A stretch of DNA of 64,000 nucleotides from Candidatus Kaiserbacteria bacterium. GTDB taxonomy: Bacteria; Patescibacteriota; Minisyncoccia; Phycocordibacterales; UBA2100. The stretch lies in contig JACPLD010000002.1 in NCBI GenBank assembly GCA_016186765.1, forward strand, positions 110,386 through 174,385. Reading direction: 5' to 3'. Shown one piece after another: positions 1-7,986 of this stretch; position 1 is the first letter of the stretch, and each line of letters begins with the position of its first letter. The notes below the pieces were generated by a model. It did no database searches. It was not told the DNA's origin and was given only the letters and a program-made list of their open reading frames with translations. A program made the position numbers and the translations under genes.

Positions 1-6
1 CGAACC

Positions 7-702
7 TTGAAGTTGAAAACTCAAAACTATTACATGATCGCACTCCGCGCTTTTCTAAAGTATCTGCGCAAAATAAACGTCGAATCGCTCCAGCCGGAGC
101 GCATCGAGCTCGCGAAAGTCGGCGCGCGTGATTTGGATCTCATCACTGTCGAAGAGTTGAACCGGCTCATGAAAGGGCCAGCGGGAGATTCGCTAACGGC
201 TCTGCGCGACCGGGCGATGCTGGAGCTTTTGTTTTCCACGGGTCTTCGTGTTTCGGAACTCTGTTCCCTCGATTCTGACATCGATCTTTCACGCGACGGG
301 TTCTCGATCCGCGGGAAGGGCGACAAGGTGCGTGTCGTCTTCCTCTCACCCCCTGCAAAAAAAGCTATCGGTGAATACTTGAAGAAACGTGGTGATATGG
401 GCGAAGCGCTTTTCGTCTCGTACGGTCGTGCCGGCAAGGAATCGCAGCGGCTCACCTCGCGCTCTGTCGAGCGCATCGTGAAAGCGTATGCGATCAAGGC
501 CGGCATTACGCGCAAAGTGACCCCACATGTTATTCGTCACTCATTTGCGACCGATCTTCTTGAAAATGGCGCGGACCTCCGAAGTGTGCAGGCGCTCTTG
601 GGGCATGCAAACATCGCAACAACGCAAGTCTACACGCATGTCACCGATAAACATTTACAAGAAGTGCACAAAGCATTTCATGGAAGGCGAAGGAGCCGCT
701 AG
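7..702 (+). CDS. Tyrosine recombinase XerC/XerD family (5' part truncated by window edge)
   Basis: Catalytic motifs LRDRAMLELLFSTGLRVSEL, HVIRHSFAT and LLGHANIATTQVY; the frame is open to the window start. Confidence 0.93.
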   Translation: MKLKTQNYYMIALRAFLKYLRKINVESLQPERIELAKVGARDLDLITVEELNRLMKGPAGDSLTALRDRAMLELLFSTGLRVSELCSLDSDIDLSRDGFSIRGKGDKVRVVFLSPPAKKAIGEYLKKRGDMGEALFVSYGRAGKESQRLTSRSVERIVKAYAIKAGITRKVTPHVIRHSFATDLLENGADLRSVQALLGHANIATTQVYTHVTDKHLQEVHKAFHGRRRSR

Positions 703-926
703 GAGGTTGTGCTGCGAAGGAACCCTCCCTGCTGCGGATACACGATGCGCAAAACGTGGTGCGGCTCGCGCACGACAACGGGCCGGCGCGGCTTTTCGAC
801 GCGGTATGTGTCCACCCTATCTTCTCGGACAACATTAAACGCGCGCCATTCGAGACTTCCCTTTTCCTCTGGTTTCCCAAACAAACCTGCTTCCCGCTCT
901 GCGAGGATTTCTTTTATGTGTCTCAT
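699..926 (-). CDS. Small hypothetical protein (~75 aa)
   Basis: ORF MRHIKEILAERE... converges on the recombinase stop and fills the gap; no recognisable motif. Confidence 0.45.
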   Translation of the reverse strand: MRHIKEILAEREAGLFGKPEEKGSLEWRAFNVVREDRVDTYRVEKPRRPVVVREPHHVLRIVYPQQGGFLRSTTS

Positions 927-1018
927 ATGCACGCGACTGCTTAATAAATTCGCACACGTGAAGACGTTGCGCTCCGCCTTCCGTTACATCGTATGCCCCC
1001 AGTCTGATGATTTGATGA

Positions 1019-1087
1019 ACCCCGTTAGAGAACGCCCCGCCGAAGGCGCGGCTTCAGCCGGTTAGGGCGGCTTTTCTCTAACGGGGT
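1019..1087. repeat. Palindromic element family A (ACCCCGTTAGAGAA...TTCTCTAACGGGGT)
   Basis: Perfect 14-bp terminal inverted repeat; the same CCCCGTTAGA/TCTAACGGGG ends recur at 29916-29979 and, degenerate, at 43589-43619. Confidence 0.85.
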
Positions 1088-1112
1088 GAACGGCCGTGCT
1101 ATCGTATCGGAG

Positions 1113-1910
1113 ATGAAACTTATTTCTTGGAATGTCAATGGCATCCGAAGCATCCACAAGAAAGGTGCGCTCGTGCCGTTTCTCGAGAAAATGAAACCTG
1201 ATATCGCGTGCTTTCAGGAGACAAAGGCAGAGGAGCACCAATCGGAGGTTGATTTGCCCGACTACGAGGAATATTGGAATTCCTCAAAGGGGCGCAGGGG
1301 CTATGCAGGAACCGCGATATTCACAAAAAATAAGCCTTTGAGCCTTATTTTTGGTTTTCCAGAGGAGATTCTCGGGAAATATGAGCTTAAAGATGGCTAT
1401 GGCGACCCCAATGAGGAGGGACGTCTCATTACCGCAGAATTCGAAGATTTCTTTATCGCGAATGCTTACACGCCGAATGCTAAGCCTGATCTTTCCCGCC
1501 TCACACTGCGTCATACGCACTGGGATCCAGCATTTCTGGCTTTTCTTACGCATCTTGAGAAGAGAAAACCCGTTGTTTTTTGCGGAGATCTCAATGTCGC
1601 GCATACGCCGGAAGACCTTGCGAATCCAAAGGCGAACGAGGGAGAGCATGGGTTCACGAGAGAGGAGCGCGAAGGCATGGATCGCATTGTTGCCGCAGGG
1701 TTCGTCGATACGTTCCGTCTTTTTGCAGAGGGTAACGGACACTACACCTGGTGGAGTCATTTCTCGAATGCTCGCGCCCGAAACGTTGGCTGGAGAATAG
1801 ATTATTTTTTCGTGAGCAGGGAGCTTGTTTCGAGCGTACGTTCAGCCAAAATCCATCCTGATGTCTTTGGCTCCGATCACTGCCCAGTGTCCCTGGAGGT
1901 CAGTTTTTAA
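1113..1910 (+). CDS. xth: Exodeoxyribonuclease III / AP endonuclease
   Basis: SWNVNG, FQETK, GDLNVAH, GWRIDYF and GSDHCPV motifs. Confidence 0.96.
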   Translation: MKLISWNVNGIRSIHKKGALVPFLEKMKPDIACFQETKAEEHQSEVDLPDYEEYWNSSKGRRGYAGTAIFTKNKPLSLIFGFPEEILGKYELKDGYGDPNEEGRLITAEFEDFFIANAYTPNAKPDLSRLTLRHTHWDPAFLAFLTHLEKRKPVVFCGDLNVAHTPEDLANPKANEGEHGFTREEREGMDRIVAAGFVDTFRLFAEGNGHYTWWSHFSNARARNVGWRIDYFFVSRELVSSVRSAKIHPDVFGSDHCPVSLEVSF

Positions 1911-2045
1911 GGCATATCTTATAGGACACCGGGAGGCGACAGGCTATCCACAGGCCGTCCTTTACAGCGTCCTTTAGCAATGTATCGTAATGGACAGGGA
2001 TCAGGACACGCTCCTGTATCCTATAAAGTTTTGCGTAAAAAATGT

Positions 2046-2270
2046 TCTTTCGTCTTGCGTTCAACCGCGGGGACTTCGTTCTTGCGATCAGAAACAGCAA
2101 GAGGGCTTCATGCCCAGGGGCCTACAGGTACACTCCACAACAAAGGTGACGCATAGCGTCCCAAACATTAGGAAAAAGTACCATCGTTCGACCCCTGAAA
2201 CCAACGCAAAACAGAAAGGCCGTCTCCAGGCTAGGGCACAGATCCCCAAAGAGAGCGATCCGTGTCCTTT
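2046..2270 (-). ncRNA. Putative structured non-coding RNA or element, family unknown
   Basis: Nested helices on the minus strand: CTTTC-GTTTTGCGTT/AACGCAAGAC-GAAAG, CAGGGGTC/GGCCCCTG, GGTAC/GTACC, GACGC-tat-GCGTC, TCTTGC/GCAAGA; no credible ORF. Confidence 0.4.
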
Positions 2271-2329
2271 AACTGGTGGCGGCCTTTTACTTTCTACGCA
2301 TTTTCCACGGTTAGGTGTGCCTTTTCGGA

Positions 2330-3799
2330 TTATTGAACGTGGTGTTTCTTTCTTAATTCCTGTATTTCTGCTTCTTCTTCGCCCTCTTTTCGTTCCTTGC
2401 CAGCTTCGCCGAGCGATTTGAGTTCCCTTTCGGAAAGCTTTGAGAGTTCTCTCGCACGTAATACGAGATACTCGTTCGTATTCTTCTTCGGGTCGTCCAA
2501 AACTTCTTCGAGTAGCGCATGTAAGATCCAGCCGATGCGGGGACCCGGCGCTTCCCCGAGCTCGATAATGTTTGTACCGTCGATCTCGAGCATCGAGACC
2601 GAAATCGGATCTCGCAGCGCCTCGTCAACCATCGACATGTACTTACGGAGACGGAACGGCTGCTCTTTTGGGCGGCCGGTACCGATACGGTCGCAAATGC
2701 GCAATGAGAGGAGGTCTTTGATGCGGTGTTGTCCGACGTTTCTGATCGTGCGGCGCACTGCAGAAAGTGTCACCTTATCGGGATCGGAGAAGAACATGTG
2801 CCATCGGATGAGCGCAACGATCGTCTCTGCGGTGTCGCTCGACATGCGGAGATCTGAAAGAATTTTTCTTGCCATCTTTGCACCCACGACTTCGTGTCCG
2901 TGGAACGTCCAGTCTGATTTTTCCTCCGACCAGCGTCTCGTCGCAGGCTTGCCGATGTCGTGGAGAAGCGCTGCGAGCCGCACCTGAACGGGCCAGCTTT
3001 TGTCGGCCGCATGCTGCAGCGCGCGAAGCGAATGCTCAAACACGTCGTATGCATGCGCCTGATTTTGCGCGACACCGATTCCCTCCTCGAGTTCCGGGAT
3101 GATGTGTACGAGGAGGCCGAGCTTTTGCGCGACAAAGAGGGCCTGCATAGGCCGAGCACTCTCGAGGATCCGGATAAACTCATCGCGCACGCGCTCGCGC
3201 GATATATGCGCAAGGAGCGGCGCATCGTTCGCTATTGCTCCGGCGGTCTTCGCTTCGATCGTGAAATCGAGCTCGGAGAGGAGCCGCACGGCGCGTAACA
3301 TCCGGAGCGCGTCTTCTTTGAATCGCTCATCGGGGTTGCCAACCGCGGCAATAGAGCGGCGTGCGATGTCTTCCCTTCCGCCGTGCTCATCCACGACTAC
3401 ATCGCGTGCTGGATCGTACGCGAGCGCATTTACCGTAAAATCGCGGCGCTTGAGGTCGTCAGAAAGCGTTTTTGCCCAGCGAATTTCGTCGGGATGGCGC
3501 ACGTTTGAATACTTCCCTTCCTCGCGATATGGCGTGATCTCGACGACCTTGAGACGCGGGTCTTCGGAGCTTGTGACGACGCCGACAGTACCGAATTTAT
3601 TTTCGTAGAACGTGTCCGCGAAAAGCTCTTGGATCTCTTCAGGCGTGGCGTTTGTTGTGATGTCCCAATCCTTCGGCTCGCGCTTGAGAAGGAGATCGCG
3701 AACGCACCCACCCACTAGGTATGCCTCGAAGCCAGCATTTCGCAGCGCTTCGCAAAGCGCTCCAACCGGCCGCGGCACCGGAAGTTTTATTGGCTCCAT
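2330..3799 (-). CDS. cca: CCA tRNA nucleotidyltransferase with HD domain
   Basis: YLVGGCVRD, DWDITT, RRDFTVNA, EDALRMLRA, LLHDIGK; start chosen from TACAAT 7 nt upstream of the ATG. Confidence 0.92.
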   Translation of the reverse strand: MEPIKLPVPRPVGALCEALRNAGFEAYLVGGCVRDLLLKREPKDWDITTNATPEEIQELFADTFYENKFGTVGVVTSSEDPRLKVVEITPYREEGKYSNVRHPDEIRWAKTLSDDLKRRDFTVNALAYDPARDVVVDEHGGREDIARRSIAAVGNPDERFKEDALRMLRAVRLLSELDFTIEAKTAGAIANDAPLLAHISRERVRDEFIRILESARPMQALFVAQKLGLLVHIIPELEEGIGVAQNQAHAYDVFEHSLRALQHAADKSWPVQVRLAALLHDIGKPATRRWSEEKSDWTFHGHEVVGAKMARKILSDLRMSSDTAETIVALIRWHMFFSDPDKVTLSAVRRTIRNVGQHRIKDLLSLRICDRIGTGRPKEQPFRLRKYMSMVDEALRDPISVSMLEIDGTNIIELGEAPGPRIGWILHALLEEVLDDPKKNTNEYLVLRARELSKLSERELKSLGEAGKERKEGEEEAEIQELRKKHHVQ

Positions 3800-3834
3800 C
3801 TTTGTCATTGTATCGTGAGTGTGCATCTCTTTTG

Positions 3835-3906
3835 CGCTCCCGCCAGGATTCGAACCTGGAACAGCGCTTCCGAAGAGCGCCGTGATATCCGTTTCACCAC
3901 GGGAGC
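3835..3906 (-). tRNA. tRNA-Arg(TCG), CCA not encoded
   Basis: GCTCCCG/CGGGAGC acceptor stem, anticodon arm GCGCT-CTTCGGA-AGCGC, T arm GGTTCGAATCC. Confidence 0.93.
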
Positions 3907-3935
3907 GTATGCCAAGTCTAACTCACTTTGATTTG

Positions 3936-4006
3936 TGCGGATACGGGGAATCGAACCCCGATCTCTACCTTGGCAAGGTAGCGTTCTACCACTAAACCAT
4001 ATCCGC
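3936..4006 (-). tRNA. tRNA-Gly(GCC), CCA not encoded
   Basis: GCGGATA/TATCCGC acceptor stem, CTACC-TTGCCAA-GGTAG anticodon arm, GGTTCGATTCC. Confidence 0.95.
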
Positions 4007-4099
4007 CTTCGCCTCTAGCTCGGCTAGGACAGAAGTCCGTCAACACGAGCAAAAAGAAGCGGGTTGCGTGATTATACCTAAGGCTCGAATCGGAGCAAT

Positions 4100-5083
4100 T
4101 TATTTCTTTGCTCCCGGCGGCAAGTTGATGACGGTTTGCGCACCAGTTGTGCTTTTCGTACCGCGCTCCCAGAACGCGATCGCAAGACCAGCGAGTGCGA
4201 TGATGGTCGCAATGACCGGTACCCAAGGAGAAGTTCTGCAACTTTCAGCGAAGTACCAAAGTCCGAAGAGGAGTAGGAATGGCACCACGATAGCAGCTGC
4301 TGTCCACTCCTGTGTTCGCATGGCGGGAGGCATCTGTGACTGTCCGAAGACTGCGAATGCAACGATGGCGGCGAATAGTAGAAGGAGAATGAACCAGAGC
4401 CGATTCGCGCCCGCGCCGGCACAGATGTCCTTTAGGATATTCTGCGTTGTTGCGAACACTGAACTCGTCGCCGTGGTTGTACCTTTTGCCACGACAGTGC
4501 CGGTCGCGGGTTTGCTTACGGGAGATGGTGCCGGCGCGAGCGGAGGTTTCGGTTTAGGGGCGGTCGTGCTTACCGGAGGCCTGACCGGTGTGGGGGCTGG
4601 AACAGGGCTGGGAGGGGGGGCCGTGAGCGAGAGTTCTCCACTTGGTGTCACGTTCGTAGCTATGGTCGTGATACAGACGGGTTGATCGCTTCCCTTGGCA
4701 GAAAGCATGGTCACAAAGATCGGAAGGCCTCTCCCTATGGGGGTCGAGGGAAGATCGGCGTGGATGCGCACGGCACCTGCCGGCGCCCCCATCCGCGTCA
4801 TTTGATTAAAGGGAATGTTCACACTACCCACCGTAGCCGCGATAGCGACGTATGCGCTATCCCCTACCGTGAGCTCAAATGAATGGAGGGCCCCATTGTA
4901 TATATAAGGCGTGAATCCGGTAACACTCGCCGGCGCACAGGTATTGCTGCCGGGTGGAAGGAGCTGGGCTGTTTGGACGGCGACCTCGGCCGATGCAAAT
5001 GAGGGCACAATAATGATAAAGGAAACAAGGAGCGCGAAGACCGATACCGCAAGTACGTATCGAGTCCGTGTAATGGTACTCAT
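4100..5083 (-). CDS. Hypothetical secreted/membrane protein with Pro/Thr-rich linker and three C-terminal TM helices
   Basis: N-terminal signal-like hydrophobic stretch, PPPSPVPAPTP linker, C-terminal hydrophobic segments. Confidence 0.75.
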   Translation of the reverse strand: MSTITRTRYVLAVSVFALLVSFIIIVPSFASAEVAVQTAQLLPPGSNTCAPASVTGFTPYIYNGALHSFELTVGDSAYVAIAATVGSVNIPFNQMTRMGAPAGAVRIHADLPSTPIGRGLPIFVTMLSAKGSDQPVCITTIATNVTPSGELSLTAPPPSPVPAPTPVRPPVSTTAPKPKPPLAPAPSPVSKPATGTVVAKGTTTATSSVFATTQNILKDICAGAGANRLWFILLLLFAAIVAFAVFGQSQMPPAMRTQEWTAAAIVVPFLLLFGLWYFAESCRTSPWVPVIATIIALAGLAIAFWERGTKSTTGAQTVINLPPGAKK

Positions 5084-5252
5084 GTCGGTTACGCTAGTAC
5101 GGTGCACTTATTTCCGTCAAGCAAAAATCGTGTTGCAGTATTGACATGTCCTTCAAGTTGTTTCATAAAGGACATTCAAACGGACTAATTCTTCGAAAAG
5201 CGGAGTTCGATAGGAGGAAAAAACCTAAGATTTACGGTCTCTTTTTAGCAGA

Positions 5253-5281
5253 TGTGGAAAAGTCTGTGGATATGGGGATAA
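5253..5281. promoter_or_regulatory. Cluster of three DnaA-box-like 9-mers
   Basis: TGTGGAAAA (5253), TGTGGATAT (5265) and TGGGGATAA (5273), each 1 mismatch from TGTGGATAA. Confidence 0.4.
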
Positions 5282-5285
5282 AGGA

Positions 5286-5500
5286 CATAGGGCAGTCCTG
5301 TCCGTTTACTGGCGACGTAGGGCGAGGGAGATGGGAAAACCGCAGTTTTCGCATCTCCGAGCCGAGGAGCCAGAAACCGGTGCAAACGCCCTGCGCTTGT
5401 GCGCAGGGGCGTCCTTCGAGACCGTGGGTTCAACGCCCTGCGGTCTCGAAAGGGCCGGTTTACGGATGCATAGCCTCAAAGCCCTGGACGCGAACCTATG
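5286..5500. ncRNA. Putative multi-branched structured RNA or element upstream of yraN
   Basis: Helices GGAGATGGGAAAAC/GTTTTCGCATCTCC; AAACCGG/CCGGTTT enclosing ACGCCCTGCGC/GCGCAGGGGCGT and TTCGAGACCG/CGGTCTCGAA; CATAGG/CCTATG closing pair. Confidence 0.5.
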
Positions 5501-5551
5501 CCAAACTGTGCCTTAGTTACATATCTAGCTAAGTAACATGTTTGTGAGCTA

Positions 5552-5566
5552 TTTTCACGTGAAATG
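5552..5566. promoter_or_regulatory. parS-like palindrome (TTTCACGTGAAA core), copy 1
   Basis: 12-bp core matches the parS consensus TGTTTCACGTGAAACA; identical 15-mer at 5795-5809. Confidence 0.5.
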
Positions 5567-5599
5567 TCCAGCTTGCGGCTCGTGTATAATGCCTTTTTT

Positions 5600-5998
5600 A
5601 TGTTGCCTGATGATATTCGAAAGGGTGTCGGAAGGGGAGGAGAGGATATTGCGTGCCAATTCCTAATCCGTAAGGGATACTGGATTATTGGCAGAAACTA
5701 TCGAAAGAAGTGGGGAGAGATAGATATCGTTGCCGAAAAAGACGAGACCGTGCGCTTTATCGAGGTCAAGGCTGTCTCGGTCCGCGGGGGAGACTTTTCA
5801 CGTGAAATGCAGCGACTACCTGAAGAGCTTGTCCATAGGAGGAAACTAAGAAAGATAGCACGCACCGCAGCCCTCTATATGGAGGAGAAAAAGGATGCAA
5901 GGGAATACCAGATCGACGTAGTCGGCATAGTCATGAATCAGACAAGCCGAGTCGCGAGGTGTCGCCTCTTTGAGCAGGCTCTTGGTGAGGACTTGTAA
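5600..5998 (+). CDS. yraN: YraN (UPF0102) family PD-(D/E)XK putative endonuclease
   Basis: GE.IA..FL..KGY, NYR...GEIDIVA, FIEVK and IDVV motifs. Confidence 0.9.
   Translation: MLPDDIRKGVGRGGEDIACQFLIRKGYWIIGRNYRKKWGEIDIVAEKDETVRFIEVKAVSVRGGDFSREMQRLPEELVHRRKLRKIARTAALYMEEKKDAREYQIDVVGIVMNQTSRVARCRLFEQALGEDL
5795..5809. promoter_or_regulatory. parS-like palindrome, copy 2, inside yraN (encodes FSREM)
   Basis: TTTTCACGTGAAATG identical to 5552-5566. Confidence 0.45.
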
Positions 5999-6069
5999 AC
6001 TTGGACATAAAGGACACACTGGCCCATTGATGTCTTTTATGTTTTATGTCCTATCTTTACCTTCACTTT

Positions 6070-6140
6070 TCGGGCTGCTGGGAATCGAACCCAGTCAACA
6101 TCCTCCCAAAGGATGCGTACTACCGGTATACGACAGCCCG
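6070..6140 (-). tRNA. tRNA-Pro(TGG), CCA not encoded
   Basis: CGGGCTG/CAGCCCG acceptor stem, CATCC-TTTGGGA-GGATG anticodon arm, GGTTCGATTCC. Confidence 0.93.
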
Positions 6141-6159
6141 GCACCGGAATGCTAGCACA

Positions 6160-7341
6160 TTATCGGTTGTACCGTTTTTCGATCTCGGCAATAAGGAGCT
6201 CAACGAGGGTATTTTCATGCGTATTTTTGAAGCGCTCTGCGAGGGTTATCGTGTCTTCTCCGAGGAACTGGACTATACCTGCTCCTGACTGCGTGCGCAT
6301 GTCGCCGTCGATGTAGCTAAGTGTAAGCGCCCGCATCTCTCGCTCGGCAGTCGTTGAGCCTTCGCTTGTTGTCGTTATGATGCCGATGAGAAAGCCCCAT
6401 GCGTTCACGACGGCTCCACCCGAGGAGCCACTCTGCGCCTCCTGTACGCCAGCAAGCGAGAGAAGGTCGACACTGTTCTCAAATGTGAGGAGGCCTTTGA
6501 CAGAAGTAATAGAAGACGCTGGGTACAGGTTGAAGGCCGTAGCACGGGCACTGACAAATTCCGACGGGTAACTTGCCGCTAAAACCGAATCACCGGGGAA
6601 GCCGATCGCCTCACGCGTATCGATCGGAAGTGAGGGGAACGCACTCGGGAGCGTCGTGCGAGAGTCGGGCAGTTTTGTGATGCGCAGCAGCGCGTAATCG
6701 TGTTCTCCGGTCCCGAGAGGACTCTCTTCGGTAATCTCTGCAGCATGCTTCTCGATCCAGATGGGTGGGATGTAGAGCACATCGACGCTGCCGATTATCT
6801 GCGCCGGCGCACTGGCGCGAACCACGCACGAGAGATTGGTGCGCTCGCTTTGCGAAAGCAGCACGTACTGCGCCACGTGCGCGTTGGTAAGAATCACGCC
6901 GCGCGAATCGATGATGACGCCACTGCCGGAGGTTGCATGCAATCCGGCGTCTTCTGGAACGCAGAGAATATTGACGAGCGCGAGGCGAGTGTTCTCGTTG
7001 ATGGTGAGGAACGATTGCGGAGGAGTGGGGTAGGGGTTTTGTATTCGGATAACGGAGGAAACCGATGCGTCGGGAGTGGGAGAGGAAAGCGGAGCAACCG
7101 GCTCCTCACTCACCTTCGGGGTTTCCGGTGGGGGAGGGGGCGCTGGCGCTTGCTCGATCTCGGAGCGAGAGGCGTCTTCTTGCTGCGGCTCGTAGGTAGC
7201 GGCAATGTTCGCGACCTGCGAAGCCTCGGGCCTCTCTTGCGAAGGAGCGCCCTGCGGCTGCTCTGCGAGCAGCACGAGCACTGCCACGATGATGGCGAGT
7301 GCGCCGATGAGCAGGATGCGTGAAGATGAGGGAGCAGACAT
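6160..7341 (-). CDS. Membrane-anchored trypsin-like (S1) serine protease
   Basis: GSGVII, LTNAHV (His), DYALL (Asp), GSSGG (Ser); N-terminal TM helix. Confidence 0.88.
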   Translation of the reverse strand: MSAPSSSRILLIGALAIIVAVLVLLAEQPQGAPSQERPEASQVANIAATYEPQQEDASRSEIEQAPAPPPPPETPKVSEEPVAPLSSPTPDASVSSVIRIQNPYPTPPQSFLTINENTRLALVNILCVPEDAGLHATSGSGVIIDSRGVILTNAHVAQYVLLSQSERTNLSCVVRASAPAQIIGSVDVLYIPPIWIEKHAAEITEESPLGTGEHDYALLRITKLPDSRTTLPSAFPSLPIDTREAIGFPGDSVLAASYPSEFVSARATAFNLYPASSITSVKGLLTFENSVDLLSLAGVQEAQSGSSGGAVVNAWGFLIGIITTTSEGSTTAEREMRALTLSYIDGDMRTQSGAGIVQFLGEDTITLAERFKNTHENTLVELLIAEIEKRYNR

Positions 7342-7418
7342 GCGATTCGAATATACGCATTATCGTCGCTTCCTTCAAGTTTTTTGATGAGGCTTGTTCG
7401 ATGTATGATGCCAAAATT

Positions 7419-7489
7419 GCGGGATTAGTTTAGTGGCAGAACGTCTGCCTTCCAAGCAGAGGGCGCCGGTCCGATTCCGGCATCCCGCA
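7419..7489 (+). tRNA. tRNA-Gly(TCC), CCA not encoded
   Basis: GCGGGAT/ATCCCGC acceptor stem, TCTGC-CTTCCAA-GCAGA anticodon arm; T loop reads TCCGATT. Confidence 0.9.
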
Positions 7490-7545
7490 CAAATGCAACG
7501 ACCCGCCGGGAGGCGGATCGTTGTCTCCAGGAACGAGAATGGCTT

Positions 7546-7821
7546 CTACTTGAGTGCGTCCTTTAGTGTCTTTGAAGCGCGGAATTTCGGGACCTTCATT
7601 GCTTTTATCTGGATCGTCGCTCCCGTGCGAGGGTTTCTGCCCATGCGCCCGGCGCGTGTCTTTGCCTCGAAGATGCCAAGGCCCGCAATCGAGACCTCCT
7701 CGCCCCTCTTGAGGCAGTCCGTGATCATGCCAATGACCGCCTCAACGGCGCGTTCGCCGTCGGCTTTCGTGCAGCCGATCGTTGCCGCTACCTTTTCGAC
7801 CAAGTTCATTTTGTTTGCCAT
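7546..7821 (-). CDS. hup: DNA-binding protein HU
   Basis: GLGIF...R.GRNPRTG.TIQI...KVPKFRA..LKDAL signature. Confidence 0.96.
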   Translation of the reverse strand: MANKMNLVEKVAATIGCTKADGERAVEAVIGMITDCLKRGEEVSIAGLGIFEAKTRAGRMGRNPRTGATIQIKAMKVPKFRASKTLKDALK

Positions 7822-7986
7822 AGGTTTGAAAAAGTTATTAAAAATATGCGCGTTTTCGACCTCGCGACCATTTTGAGCCGTATTTTAGGCATGTCAACCT
7901 AGCTCTCTATTTGAGATGAATCTTGCCAGCGCGTCAAAAATGGCTTGAAATAAAAGCTTCTTTGGCGCGCTGTCTTCCGCTTGGGA

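Noticed and set aside
7-702. Recombinase as a prophage or island integrase near tRNAs
   Set aside because: Motifs look like housekeeping XerC/D; no phage genes or tRNA 3'-end duplication seen
1911-2329. Possible RNase P RNA or tmRNA
   Set aside because: No GAGGAAAGUCC or P4 motifs and no tRNA-like ends on either strand
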